Shown here in pieces: positions 19,566-31,661 of a DNA stretch of 41,378 nt (its first letter is position 1; every line of letters starts with the position of its first letter). This stretch comes from Campylobacterales bacterium (GTDB lineage: Bacteria; Campylobacterota; Campylobacteria; Campylobacterales; Sulfurimonadaceae). The stretch spans positions 1 through 41,378 of the forward strand of contig JBBRBK010000012.1 of NCBI GenBank assembly GCA_038205935.1. The letters are read 5' to 3'. The notes under the pieces are model-generated. The model saw only the letters and a list, made by a program, of their open reading frames with translations, ran no database searches and was not told where the DNA came from. Position numbers and translations under genes: made by a program.

Positions 19566-20354
19566 CTAGTATCTTGTATTAAGTTCTCTAAAACCCCAGT
19601 TTCTCTTTGCTTCTCTGACATCTGAGTGTGACATCTCTACGATCATCAATTCTTCCTTATTGCCAAGTTCATTGACAACTTCACCTGAGGGATCGATCAA
19701 AAATGAATCTCCATAAAACTGCCATGTGTACTCATTTTCTTTATACTCCCCTATTCTATTTGCTCGAAGCACGTAGCAGTTATGAGTAAAGGCTCTCATC
19801 TGCGCAAGATTTTTCCATCTTAATGCAGATTCAAAGGTCGAAACACTCGGTACGATAACGGCATCTACATTTTTGTGTGATGCCATAGCCCAAAGTTTAT
19901 CTACATGCATCTCAAATCCACTCATCACGGCGAACCTAAAACCCTCTACACTAAATACCATTGGTGCTTTTAAAAAGGTCGTCTCATTAGCAAAAAACTT
20001 TGCTTCATTCCAATGTGGATAGTTGATTAAGACTTGTTGATAATAGTAAGAAGTAGAAGTTGGAGAAAATTTGACTATAGATTTGTAAAGCTGTTTTTTC
20101 TTCACGATAATAAGCGGAGCGATAATCGTCATAGCATATGTCAAAGAAAGCTCTTTTAATATCTTAGTTTGATGTTCTGACTGCTCTTTGATCATAGCAA
20201 CCGACATCGTTTCAAGCTCTTTAAAAAAAGAGTTTAAAAGATACTCGCCTAAAACCAGAACTTTCACATTTTTCTTATGCGCGATGCGAACATAATGATA
20301 AAGCTTTGTCGAACTCATTCCAATGGAAGGAAGCTGTAAAACTGCGGCTATCAT
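19566..20354 (-). CDS. Carbon-nitrogen hydrolase (nitrilase-fold) protein with atypical triad
   Basis: IAAVLQL, VLGEY, RAFTHNCYVLRANRIG, FYGDSFLIDPSGEV. Confidence 0.85.
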   Translation of the reverse strand: MIAAVLQLPSIGMSSTKLYHYVRIAHKKNVKVLVLGEYLLNSFFKELETMSVAMIKEQSEHQTKILKELSLTYAMTIIAPLIIVKKKQLYKSIVKFSPTSTSYYYQQVLINYPHWNEAKFFANETTFLKAPMVFSVEGFRFAVMSGFEMHVDKLWAMASHKNVDAVIVPSVSTFESALRWKNLAQMRAFTHNCYVLRANRIGEYKENEYTWQFYGDSFLIDPSGEVVNELGNKEELMIVEMSHSDVREAKRNWGFRELNTRY

Positions 20355-20539
20355 TGCGCTACTTTTATCTCTTGGATTTTTATCTGCGCAGTTTCAAGGA
20401 GTTTTTGTGCATCTTGAAGCTCTTTCATTCCACTCTCATACGCCTTAACACTCTCTTCGAGTGTAATCTCAGGATTCATCAAAGTTTCCAAAATCTTTTT
20501 AGAGTTGTCTAGTTTTGTTTCAAAATCATTCTTTGCCAT
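20351..20539 (-). CDS. xseB: Exodeoxyribonuclease VII small subunit
   Basis: FETKL...ITLEESVKAYESGM...AQKLLETAQ pattern; 62 aa. Confidence 0.88.
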   Translation of the reverse strand: MAKNDFETKLDNSKKILETLMNPEITLEESVKAYESGMKELQDAQKLLETAQIKIQEIKVAQ

Positions 20540-21638
20540 CGAGCACCTCTTTTACATAAGTATCAAATTTGTCTAATTCAACTAAAAAGGCATCATGCCC
20601 ATAATCACTATCCACTTCCAAGTAGTTGTGATTTGTATTGCCGATATTTTTTAAAGTATCGCCTATCACTTTCATCTCTTGGCTTTGAAATAACATATCA
20701 CTCTTAAAGCCGATGAGATGAAGCTTACATGTAACGTTTTTTAAAGCTTCATCAAGAGAATCGTATCCACGAGCAAGATCAAAAATATTGATCGCTTTTG
20801 TGATGTAAAGATAAGTCAGCGGATCAAACCATTTTGTAAAATTTTGACCATTATATTCTAAATACGACTCAACTTGAAACTTTCCAAAAAGCTCAAAAAG
20901 TCCATCATTTCTTTTGTATTCACGTCCAAACTTCTCAGCCATAGAATGATGAGATAAAAAGCTGATGTGCCCTGCCATACGCCCTATCGCCATTCCACTG
21001 AGACCATTTTCTTGGATATCTTTTGGATTATAGTTTCCATCTTTAAAATCAGGATCTTTTAAAATCGCTTCACTTGCCACCTTATTAAAAGCTATCGCCC
21101 AAGCTTGCGTTGCGTAAGTTGCCGCCATGGAGATAACTTTTTTTGCAAAATTTGGATAGTTGATGGCAAACTGCAATGCTTGCATACCGCCCATAGAACC
21201 GCCAATGATCGCTTCAACTTCATGAATGCCAAGTCTGTCAAAAAGAATACGCTGTGCTTTTACCATATCTTTGATAGAAACAACTGGAAATTTATAACGA
21301 TAAGGTTCATGGTGAGGGTACATCGGAGACATAGGGCCAGTAGAGCCAAAACAGCTCCCGATAACATTGGTACAGATAACAAAATATTTATTCGTATCGA
21401 CAGCTTTATTTGGACCGATAAGCCCATCCCACCAGCCAGCTTTGTTTTCACCTTCGTAAAGTCCAGCGGCATGATGCGAACCTGTGAGCGCATGACAAAC
21501 TACAATCACATTATTTTTATCCTCGTTTAGAGTTCCATATGTTTCATAAGTGATATCATAAGGCTCTAAAATACGTCCGCTTTCTAGGTAAAGAGGATTG
21601 GTAAAATGTTCTGTATGTGTTTGTAAATTCAATGACAA
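20526..21638 (-). CDS. metX: Homoserine O-acetyltransferase
   Basis: CHALTG, WWDGLIGP, GGSMGGMQ nucleophile motif, GHDAFLVE. Confidence 0.93.
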   Translation of the reverse strand: MSLNLQTHTEHFTNPLYLESGRILEPYDITYETYGTLNEDKNNVIVVCHALTGSHHAAGLYEGENKAGWWDGLIGPNKAVDTNKYFVICTNVIGSCFGSTGPMSPMYPHHEPYRYKFPVVSIKDMVKAQRILFDRLGIHEVEAIIGGSMGGMQALQFAINYPNFAKKVISMAATYATQAWAIAFNKVASEAILKDPDFKDGNYNPKDIQENGLSGMAIGRMAGHISFLSHHSMAEKFGREYKRNDGLFELFGKFQVESYLEYNGQNFTKWFDPLTYLYITKAINIFDLARGYDSLDEALKNVTCKLHLIGFKSDMLFQSQEMKVIGDTLKNIGNTNHNYLEVDSDYGHDAFLVELDKFDTYVKEVLDGKE

Positions 21639-21743
21639 CGCTACTCTTCTCCAAATAAATAATTATGTTATTTTAGCGAAAACGGCTTAATACTAATTCA
21701 ATTTTATAAACTTTACACTTTACTCATAAGGAAAATGAACTTA

Positions 21744-21752
21744 TGCTATAAT
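21744..21752 (+). promoter_or_regulatory. Extended -10 element TGCTATAAT
   Basis: 31 nt upstream of the PAS-EAL gene start; AGGA RBS follows. Confidence 0.55.
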
Positions 21753-21783
21753 CAAAATAATTCATATCTAGCAGGATAATAAA

Positions 21784-23376
21784 ATGGACAAAGATTCACT
21801 ACTTCAGCAGTATAAAGGTGCCGTTGATGCTAGCAGTATATTTTCTAAAGCAAATATCGATGGTCTTATAACGTATGTAAATGGACTTTTTTGCGATATT
21901 ACAGGTTATGACGAAAGTGAATTATTAGGAAAAAATCATTCCATCCTACGACATCCTGATATGCCTGCAAAAGTTTTTGAATCGATGTGGAAAACTATAT
22001 CGAGTGGCAATGTTTGGCAGGGAATCATCAAAAACAAAAAGAAAGATGGGACTAGTTATTATGTCAATTCTACAATCTGCCCGATCAAAGACGAAGACGG
22101 AAAGATTTTAGAATATATCTCCATTCGACAAGATATTACAGAAGTGATTAAAAATAAAAAACTTTTAGCATTTTATTCTACAGACCAGATAACACATCTT
22201 CCAAACAGACAAAAACTCCTTGAAAAATTAAATAATAACCACACTGAATTAATGTCCATCATTCTTGATATAAAAGATATGTCTCTTCTCAACGAACTTT
22301 ATGGAGAAGAGATCGGTGATGAGATATTGTATAAAATATCTTTACTGCTTAAAGAGTATATTGCAAACGATAATGTGACTTTATATAAATTGCCCGTGGA
22401 TCAGTATCTCATTTTAGTCGAAGACAAAAATCTTTTTGATAAGTACAAATCATTAATTGAATTTACTTTCCTTTCAGAAGATAATTTCATCGTAAACGAT
22501 ATAGTTATAAACTTTACTATTGGTGTAGCATATGGCGCAGAGGAATTGTTAAGCCAGACTTCTTTAGCGCTTAAAGAGGCCAAAAAGAGACATAAAGGCT
22601 TTTATGTCTATGATAAGATCATCGATGCTAAAGAGCTACACATTAAAAATATAAAACAACTTACCACTTTTAAAGAAGCTCTTGAGGATGGACGTATTGA
22701 ACCATTTCTTCAACCCATCGTAGATGCACATTCACATATAACTATGAAATATGAAGCATTAGCCAGAGTGATTGACAATACTGGAAATATTCTTGAAACA
22801 AAAGATTTTTTAGATATTGCCAGAAAGAGTAGTTTCTTTAACAGTTTTACCAAACAAATTCTTCAAAAATCTTTTGCTATTTCCACGCAAGCAGATGTAG
22901 AAGTTTCTGTCAATCTTACATACGAAAACATTCATTCTACTGAACTTTTGAACTATATAGAGACGAGATTGAAAATGCATACTGGACCAAAAATTACTTT
23001 TGAAATTTTAGAATCAGAAGAGATAGAAGATTACGAAGTATTAAATAACTTTATCAAAATGGCTAAAAATTATGGTGCTCTGATAGCTATAGATGATTTT
23101 GGATCAGGATATTCGAATTTTTCTCATCTTTTAAAATTCGATGCAGATTTTATCAAAATAGACGGTTCCATAATAAATAATGTAGAAACAGATGATAATG
23201 CAAAGATGATTTTATCACTCATTGTAGCTTATGCGAAAATGGCAAAGATTAAGACGGTCGCCGAGTATGTAAGTTCAAAAGAAATTGCAGATATTGTCAC
23301 CCAGGCGGGAGTAGATCTTTTACAAGGATATCACTTTGGAAAAGCTGAGAATGTAATACATTATAATCTATACTGA
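21784..23376 (+). CDS. PAS + degenerate GGDEF + EAL c-di-GMP phosphodiesterase
   Basis: Aer-like PAS (LRHPDMP...MW...W.GIIKNKKKDG); GGDEF site reads PVDQY; EAL motifs intact (EALAR, EILE, DDFGSGYS, KIDG, AEYV, QGY). Confidence 0.9.
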   Translation: MDKDSLLQQYKGAVDASSIFSKANIDGLITYVNGLFCDITGYDESELLGKNHSILRHPDMPAKVFESMWKTISSGNVWQGIIKNKKKDGTSYYVNSTICPIKDEDGKILEYISIRQDITEVIKNKKLLAFYSTDQITHLPNRQKLLEKLNNNHTELMSIILDIKDMSLLNELYGEEIGDEILYKISLLLKEYIANDNVTLYKLPVDQYLILVEDKNLFDKYKSLIEFTFLSEDNFIVNDIVINFTIGVAYGAEELLSQTSLALKEAKKRHKGFYVYDKIIDAKELHIKNIKQLTTFKEALEDGRIEPFLQPIVDAHSHITMKYEALARVIDNTGNILETKDFLDIARKSSFFNSFTKQILQKSFAISTQADVEVSVNLTYENIHSTELLNYIETRLKMHTGPKITFEILESEEIEDYEVLNNFIKMAKNYGALIAIDDFGSGYSNFSHLLKFDADFIKIDGSIINNVETDDNAKMILSLIVAYAKMAKIKTVAEYVSSKEIADIVTQAGVDLLQGYHFGKAENVIHYNLY

Positions 23377-23411
23377 TTTTAATGTTTACAAACCCTTCTT
23401 AATAGAATTTT

Positions 23412-24677
23412 TTATGCATCTAACGCTTGTTTTATATCTTCAATCAAATCACTTATATCCTCAAGTCCACAACTAATACGGATAAGTCCAGCTGGAACGC
23501 CACAAGCATCGAGCTCTGTAGGGCTCAGTTGTTGATGCGTCGTAGAAGCTGGATGTGTAATGATAGATTTTGAGTCACCGATGTTGACAACTAAAGAATA
23601 AAGTTTTGTAGCATCTACTACTTTAATAGCAACATCAAAATTCTCTAGTTCAAAACTTAAAAGTCCGCTACATTCACCATTTTTAAAGTACTTCATCGCA
23701 TTTGCATAATTTGAATTACTCTTTAATCCTGGATAGTTCACTTTTTTCACTTTTGGATGAGACTCTAAATACTCAGCAAGAGCAAGAGCATTTTTTGAGT
23801 GTTCTCTCATGCGAAGAGAAAGATGCTCGATTCCTTGAATAAACAACCACGAGTTAAATGGAGAAACAACTGCACCAAGATCACGAAGCAAACTTAAACG
23901 TGCGCGAAGTGTAAAGAGTGGAAGCGGCACATCCACATACACAAGACCGTGATAAGAGTGGTCAGGCTCGTTAAAATGTACATATCTAGGATTTGCTTTT
24001 ATCTTTTCTAAAAGCCCTTTTCTCTCTACTAAAATTCCACCTATTGCAAGACCTTGACCTGTTGTGTATTTACTCGCACTATGAACAACAACATCAACGC
24101 CGTACTCGAACGGACGACATATTATCGGTGTTGCAACAGTATTATCAGCAACACTTATGATATTGTACTGATCTGCTATCTTCGTAATAGCTGAGATATC
24201 TGCCACATCTATACTTGGATTTGTCAATGTTTCAAAGAAGATTACTTTTGTTTTTTCATCTACAAGTTTATGAATTTCTTCTGGATTGTGGACATTAAAA
24301 AATCTCGCTTCGATACCAAAACGCTTCAATGTATGAGCAGTTAGCGACAATGTTCCGCCGTAAAGCTGAGAAGCACAGACGATGTTATCTCCAGCTTCAG
24401 CACAGTTTGCTATGGCATAAAAAATAGCACTCATTCCGCTTGACGTCGCAAGAGCCGCTTCGCCGCCTTCAAGTGCCGCAAAACGTTTTTCAAAAACGTC
24501 AGTAGTCGGATTATTCAAACGTGTATATATATTTCCCAGTTCTTTAAGAGCAAAAAGGTTTGCCGCATGTTCAGAATCACGAAATTCATATGCAGTAGTT
24601 TGATAAATTGGCACCGCCATTGTGCGCTCGGAGTCTTTATTATAGCCTACATGTAAGGCTTGTGTTTGTTGTTTCAT
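23412..24677 (-). CDS. metY: O-acetylhomoserine aminocarboxypropyltransferase/sulfhydrylase
   Basis: PIYQTT, IYTRLNNPT, HSASKY PLP-lysine motif, NIGDSKS, HPASTTHQQL. Confidence 0.92.
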   Translation of the reverse strand: MKQQTQALHVGYNKDSERTMAVPIYQTTAYEFRDSEHAANLFALKELGNIYTRLNNPTTDVFEKRFAALEGGEAALATSSGMSAIFYAIANCAEAGDNIVCASQLYGGTLSLTAHTLKRFGIEARFFNVHNPEEIHKLVDEKTKVIFFETLTNPSIDVADISAITKIADQYNIISVADNTVATPIICRPFEYGVDVVVHSASKYTTGQGLAIGGILVERKGLLEKIKANPRYVHFNEPDHSYHGLVYVDVPLPLFTLRARLSLLRDLGAVVSPFNSWLFIQGIEHLSLRMREHSKNALALAEYLESHPKVKKVNYPGLKSNSNYANAMKYFKNGECSGLLSFELENFDVAIKVVDATKLYSLVVNIGDSKSIITHPASTTHQQLSPTELDACGVPAGLIRISCGLEDISDLIEDIKQALDA

Positions 24678-24797
24678 AGAAAATACCTTTTAATTTATAA
24701 ATTTTTATTATTTTATCTAAAATCACTTAAGGGCAAATCTGGAAATGGAAAAGGAGTTTAAAAAAGGAAGTTTTGAGTATTTTGATACCACAAAAAT

Positions 24798-24820
24798 AAC
24801 TATCCCAAAAAGGGATAGTT
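24798..24820 (-). terminator. Rho-independent terminator after the biotin carboxylase gene
   Basis: Perfect 9-bp stem AACTATCCC-N5-GGGATAGTT directly after the stop, followed by ATTTTT on the minus strand. Confidence 0.75.
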
Positions 24821-26275
24821 TTAATGTCTTACGCTAATATTATTTGCTTTAATCGTTTCAACAAGTTTAGTAATATGAGCCATTTTTTGCTCTTCTTCTT
24901 CCATATTGTTGATGGCGTCAAGATTAAATTTTTCAAGTTTATGATCTAAGTAGCTTGTATTAAATCTACCTTCGATAAAATCTAAATCTCTAACAATTTG
25001 TCTGTGTAGAGGAATATTTGTTGGTACCCCTTCAACATAAAATTCATCAAGTGCACGTCTCGCTTTTTTAACAGCACCTTCCCAGTCAAGTGCCCAAACA
25101 ATGAGCTTACCAATCATAGAGTCATAGTTAGCTGGAATTTTATAACCTGCATACATACTTGTATCAAGTCTAACACCCGGACCACCAGGAGTCATATAAT
25201 TTGTGATCGTTCCAGACGATGGCATGAATTTTAGTTTTGGATTTTCTGCATTGATCCTAAATTCGATTGCATATCCTCTAAAGTTGATCTCTTCTTGTAA
25301 GAAAATCAGTTTATCACCCTCAGCGATCTCGATCATTCTTTGAATGATATCAACACCGGTAATCACTTCTGTTACAGGATGCTCAACTTGAACTCTTGTA
25401 TTCATCTCGATAAAGTAGATGTTATCTTCCGCATCAACTAAAAATTCGATAGTTCCAACACTCTCATATCCAAGTTTAAACATCGCTTTTGTTGCAATTC
25501 TAAAGATCTCTTTTCTTGTATCATTATTGAGTAATGGAGATGGAGCAATTTCGATCACTTTTTGGTGACGTCTTTGAATAGAACAATCTCTTTCGCCTAA
25601 GTGAAGAACATTACCGTATTTGTCAGCAATAATCTGAACTTCGATATGTCTTGGATTTTCAACATATTTCTCGATAAACATTTCATCTCTACCGAAGTAT
25701 TTTTTCGACTCATTTGCTGCAGATTCATAAAGTTCTTTAAAATCTTTCTCTTCACGAACGATTCTCATCCCTCTTCCGCCGCCGCCAAACGCCGCCTTAA
25801 TGATAACAGGAAAACCGATCTCTCTAGAGATTTTCTCTCCCTCTTGGATATCCGATACAGGTTCATCAGTACCTTCAAGTACAGGAACACCAACAGCTTT
25901 CATGGCTACTTTTGAAGCCATTTTATCACCAAAGAGTGCAATATGCTCAGCTTTTGGTCCAATAAAAATAATACCGTTGTCTACACAAGCTTGTGCGAAT
26001 TCAGCACTTTCAGATAAAAAGCCGTATCCAGGATGGATTGCATCACAGCCCGCTTTTTTTGCTAAAGAAATGATCTTATCATAGTCTAAATATGCACGGA
26101 TAGGATCTCCCATAAGTGGATAACACTCATCCGCTTTTCTTACCCAAATACCATCAACATCGACTTCTGAAAATATTGCCACACTCGTAACATCTAACTC
26201 TTTACAAGCTCTGATAATTCTTAAAGCAATCTCGCCTCTGTTTGCTATAAGTACTTTTTTGATCTTTTTATTCAT
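24821..26275 (-). CDS. Biotin carboxylase subunit (pyruvate carboxylase subunit A or AccC family)
   Basis: ANRGEIA, HPGYGFLSE, GGGGRGMR, ERDCSIQRRHQK, EMNTRVQVEH. Start at 26275 fits the AAGG RBS. The C-terminal extension suggests PycA rather than AccC. Confidence 0.9.
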   Translation of the reverse strand: MNKKIKKVLIANRGEIALRIIRACKELDVTSVAIFSEVDVDGIWVRKADECYPLMGDPIRAYLDYDKIISLAKKAGCDAIHPGYGFLSESAEFAQACVDNGIIFIGPKAEHIALFGDKMASKVAMKAVGVPVLEGTDEPVSDIQEGEKISREIGFPVIIKAAFGGGGRGMRIVREEKDFKELYESAANESKKYFGRDEMFIEKYVENPRHIEVQIIADKYGNVLHLGERDCSIQRRHQKVIEIAPSPLLNNDTRKEIFRIATKAMFKLGYESVGTIEFLVDAEDNIYFIEMNTRVQVEHPVTEVITGVDIIQRMIEIAEGDKLIFLQEEINFRGYAIEFRINAENPKLKFMPSSGTITNYMTPGGPGVRLDTSMYAGYKIPANYDSMIGKLIVWALDWEGAVKKARRALDEFYVEGVPTNIPLHRQIVRDLDFIEGRFNTSYLDHKLEKFNLDAINNMEEEEQKMAHITKLVETIKANNISVRH

Positions 26276-26376
26276 ACACATGCCTTACAAAAAATTAATT
26301 TCTATATAATACACAAAAGTTCTTTACAAAAAAGAAAAATAACATGAAAACTATAGTCTCTTTTCAAAATCTTTCT

Positions 26377-27144
26377 TTATTTGCTTTTTCTGCTAAACAA
26401 TGTACCCTTATTATGAACACCATCGATTAAAAAATCTTTTACAGCAGCAAGATCATATCCGCTACATAAAAACATCTCCTCGTTGTGATCTAGAAGATAT
26501 TTAGCCGCTTTTAGTTTTGTAACTATTCCACCTGTTGCAAACTCATTATTTGGTGTATGCGTTGCTTCTAATGCACTTTGTTCAATACTACTAACTACTT
26601 TTAAAATTTTTGCTTCACTGTTTCCATGAGGATCAGAATCATAGTAACCGTCTATATCACTTAATATGACAAGCATATCAGCATGAGTATAGTGTGCCAC
26701 ATGCGCTGAAAGCTGGTCGTTATCACCAAAAACTTGATCTGGAGTTGTTGATATATCGTTTTCATTTATAATAGGCAGAATATGGCTAGATAGAGTCGTG
26801 TCAATTATCTGTCTGAAAATCTCTGTTCTTTTTCTTGAGTCAAAATCATCTTCTGTTAAAAGAATTTGAGATATTTCGATCTCAAAGATATCAAATTTAT
26901 TTTTATAACTGCTCATAAGTAAAGGCTGTCCAACTGCGGCCAACACTTTCTTACTGATTTGTTTTTTTCTATCTAGTTTTAGGGCAGTATATCCCGCAGC
27001 AACAGCCCCTGATGTTACTAAAATCACATCATATATTTTTTTGACATCTGAGATAAACTCAACTAACTTTAACATTCTTTCTTTGGCTATATTGTTTGAC
27101 TCGGTCAGTACACCGCTTCCTACTTTTATAACTATTCTTTTCAT
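26377..27144 (-). CDS. proB: Glutamate 5-kinase (no PUA domain)
   Basis: RIVIKVGS, VTSGAVAAG, INEND, FGDNDQLSA, TGGIVTKLKAA. Confidence 0.93.
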   Translation of the reverse strand: MKRIVIKVGSGVLTESNNIAKERMLKLVEFISDVKKIYDVILVTSGAVAAGYTALKLDRKKQISKKVLAAVGQPLLMSSYKNKFDIFEIEISQILLTEDDFDSRKRTEIFRQIIDTTLSSHILPIINENDISTTPDQVFGDNDQLSAHVAHYTHADMLVILSDIDGYYDSDPHGNSEAKILKVVSSIEQSALEATHTPNNEFATGGIVTKLKAAKYLLDHNEEMFLCSGYDLAAVKDFLIDGVHNKGTLFSRKSK

Positions 27145-27652
27145 ATTTTTCCTTTATCTTCATCATATATAACAGCTGTTTCAGCCAATAAGTCGTGAAA
27201 CGCTCTTTTATCTTTTCTAAATACTACCATAAAAAAACCAAGTAAAAATGGAATTGTTGAGATGATATAACCAAGCGATCTTGTTATGGCTTGCTTATTG
27301 GTTATATCATCTAATGTTTTTGCATCTACAATCTTAATTTTGACTATTTTTTTACCAGGAGTAGCTCCGCGCCATTTCTCCCAAAATAAAATAGTCACAA
27401 CTAAAACAGATATTTTAAAAATGATTTCCCAAGAGAAAGAAGTTTTGGGTTGATGTGACAGTGCCGCCTGAGCATTTCCACTCAATGCGTAAAGAATATT
27501 TTGCTGATATGCAGCAAAATCAAACCAATCACCATCACTTAGAAAATAGATAATTATTGCAACTGGAAGCGCTAAAAAAAGAGTGTCTAATAATGAGGCT
27601 ACAAGGCGCACGCCAAATCCGGCGTACCTTACATGTAAAGGATTTTTAAGCA

Positions 27653-27653
<1 letters not shown>
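27141..27653 (-). CDS. RDD-family membrane protein
   Basis: YAGFGVRLVASLLD, GATPGK, KRAFHDLLAETAV. Confidence 0.88.
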
Positions 27654-29164
<1,511 letters not shown>

Positions 29165-29197
29165 TTAAAAAAAAGTAAAGAGAATAAGGCAGTATAT

Positions 29198-31474
29198 TTA
29201 AAACGTACTGCTAAATGTAAAATTTTCTTTCTCAAACAGCTCAAGACATGCATCTACAACCGAGGGTTCATAGCTACTTCCGCGTCCATGTCTGATCTCA
29301 TCCAAGGCCGCATCGATCCCAACAGAGGGACGATATGGACGGTGCGAGGACATCGCTTCTACGACATCCGCCAAAGCGACAATCTTGGATTCTAATAATA
29401 TCTCATTACCTTTTAGTCCTTGTGGATATCCACTTCCGTCGATTTTTTCATGATGTTGTAAAATTATCTTTGCGATCGGCCATGGAAATTTGATATCTTT
29501 AAGTATGTCATAACCCGTTTGTGGATGCATCTGAATAAGTTTATATTCAAATTCATTGAGTTTTCCCGGTTTTGAAAGTATCTCTGAGGGAACATGAATT
29601 TTTCCTAAGTCATGAATGATAGAAGCGAAATGAATACCTTGAATCTCATTATCAGAGAGATTCATTTCTTTAGCGATTGCCGTTGCGAGTTCTGCTACAC
29701 GGCGTTGATGCCCTGCCGTATATGGATCACGAGATTCGACTGTAGCTGCAATTGCTTGAATAGACTGTTCCAAACTTTGCTGTAATAAAAGAAGATGACC
29801 TTCATGCTCTACATGAGTACGCAGGTTCATAATGCCATAGGCAAGATCATTTGTCAACTCTTCTAAAAGATGAACTTCGTCTGTGTCGAATGAATCTTTT
29901 TGATATGCATAGATACTCAAAGCACCAAAAACTTTATCTTTATCAATAAGAGGAAGCGCTATATTGGAGGTAAAACTATGTGCTTTACATGCATCTTTCC
30001 ACGGTTTATATCGTGTCCCATTTTCAATATCTTTACAAATCTCTGTTTTACTGCTTTGTATAGCTGTTATCGACGGTAATTTTCCATCCCCTTTTTCACC
30101 CCAGCTCAAACTCCCATCATAAAAATAATCTATATCTTTACTTGACCACGCTTTTAGTGTCATACTTTTTTCTATGTTGTCATCAGCATACACAACTGTG
30201 GCCAAAGCATAACCTCCTTTTTCCACGATCACATTTGTAATAGTATGTAACAACTCATCTTCTTTTGTAGCTTTTACAAGCGCCAAGTTTCCCGCTGACA
30301 ATGTTCTTAGAGCACGATTTACACGTTTTAGTTCTTTCTCTGCTTTTTTGCGCTCTGTAATATCCACACCGATACCAAGGACATTGACCCCAAACTTTGT
30401 TTGAACTCTATTGCCTGTCAAAATATAGTCACGGACACCGTTTGTCAAAATTAAACGAACCTCTACAGATGCCGAACCTGTTTCAAATGCTTTTTGAAGA
30501 TTTTGCGTCGAGTATTCTCTATCATCCTCATAAATGAATGAAAGTGCATTTATTCCCAAGATCTCTGTTAAAGATAATCCCAGCAATTCTTCAAGTTTTT
30601 TATTGCATTGTAAAATCTCAGCATTTTGGTTTAAAAGAAAAAAGATACCAGGTATGCTTTGAATCAAAGTTTCTGAAAATATCTGCTCATCATGAATCCT
30701 CTTTTCAGCCTCTTTACGTTCACTTATATTTCGTAAAATACCTATAGCATTCCATGCACCATTTCTCTTAACTGCAGATAATGATAGCTCAATGGGAAAC
30801 TCCATCCCATCTTTTCTTAAAGCAGCCAATTCAATTGTTTTGCCTACAGCAGTACTTTCTCCACTTTCTATAAAATTCTTAAAATTGATTTTATGAGCTT
30901 CTATAAAACGTTTTGGTGTGATTAGCTCATGTAAATTTTGGCCTATTACCTCTTTCTCAGAATAACCAAATATTGTTTCAGCTGCTTTATTCCAATAAGA
31001 TATATTTCCTTTGTTATCTAGCACAAAAATAGCATCTTGTGCGGAAGTAGTGATACTACGAAATTTTTCCTCGCTTTCACGTAGCTCTTTTTCCATACTT
31101 TTATACTTTGTGATATCTTCGAATGTGTGCATTGAATAGAGATATTTTCCCTCGTTATCCACTATAGAATAAGCTAATGAACGGAAGATAGTATCACCTA
31201 CATGTAACTCTTCTTCATGTCCTTCAGCACCAGGATTTTTAACTCCTTCTAGACAACCATAAGATGGAGCATCAGTTTTTGGGAAGATTTCATAATATTT
31301 ACGACCGATGATTTCATCAAACGAAACTCCTGCATACTGTTGATATACTTTATTACAGCGTAAAATATTAAATTCACTGTCATGCATAAAAATCGCATCT
31401 TTAGACGAATCAAGCGCAACCAACCATTCCTGATGAGCACGTTCAACTTTTTTGCATGTTTCTATATCCAACAT
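29198..31474 (-). CDS. PAS x3 - GAF - HD-GYP phosphodiesterase
   Basis: Three PAS-like repeats, a GAF domain (IALPL...GALSIY), RDPYTAGH, HDLGK, HHEKIDGSGYP. Confidence 0.9.
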   Translation of the reverse strand: MLDIETCKKVERAHQEWLVALDSSKDAIFMHDSEFNILRCNKVYQQYAGVSFDEIIGRKYYEIFPKTDAPSYGCLEGVKNPGAEGHEEELHVGDTIFRSLAYSIVDNEGKYLYSMHTFEDITKYKSMEKELRESEEKFRSITTSAQDAIFVLDNKGNISYWNKAAETIFGYSEKEVIGQNLHELITPKRFIEAHKINFKNFIESGESTAVGKTIELAALRKDGMEFPIELSLSAVKRNGAWNAIGILRNISERKEAEKRIHDEQIFSETLIQSIPGIFFLLNQNAEILQCNKKLEELLGLSLTEILGINALSFIYEDDREYSTQNLQKAFETGSASVEVRLILTNGVRDYILTGNRVQTKFGVNVLGIGVDITERKKAEKELKRVNRALRTLSAGNLALVKATKEDELLHTITNVIVEKGGYALATVVYADDNIEKSMTLKAWSSKDIDYFYDGSLSWGEKGDGKLPSITAIQSSKTEICKDIENGTRYKPWKDACKAHSFTSNIALPLIDKDKVFGALSIYAYQKDSFDTDEVHLLEELTNDLAYGIMNLRTHVEHEGHLLLLQQSLEQSIQAIAATVESRDPYTAGHQRRVAELATAIAKEMNLSDNEIQGIHFASIIHDLGKIHVPSEILSKPGKLNEFEYKLIQMHPQTGYDILKDIKFPWPIAKIILQHHEKIDGSGYPQGLKGNEILLESKIVALADVVEAMSSHRPYRPSVGIDAALDEIRHGRGSSYEPSVVDACLELFEKENFTFSSTF

Positions 31475-31505
31475 CTAATGACTCCAAATACTCTATCTGA
31501 AAAAT

Positions 31506-31547
31506 ATTTTATCAAAAAATAATAAAAGTTTGAATATAACTTTTATT
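31506..31547 (-). promoter_or_regulatory. Extended -10 (TGATAAAAT) with a perfect 10-7-10 inverted repeat over the -35 region
   Basis: AATAAAAGTT-TGAATAT-AACTTTTATT at 31521-31547; TGATAAAAT at 31514-31506 upstream of the HD-GYP gene. Confidence 0.45.
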
Positions 31548-31661
31548 GAAACAACTTTAATCACGAAATTTTGCTGATAAGTATAAATTATTTTTTGTTA
31601 AATGAGTTAAAATAAAATATCTTCATCCATCGTTTGCAATCTTTTTTGAACAAAATCATAT

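Noticed and set aside
24678..24797. Possible SAM or c-di-GMP riboswitch near metY (GGGCAAATCTGGAAATGG)
   Set aside because: The GEMM-like fragment is on the wrong strand for metY and lacks the second stem, and no SAM-riboswitch core was recognised. An Rfam scan would settle it.
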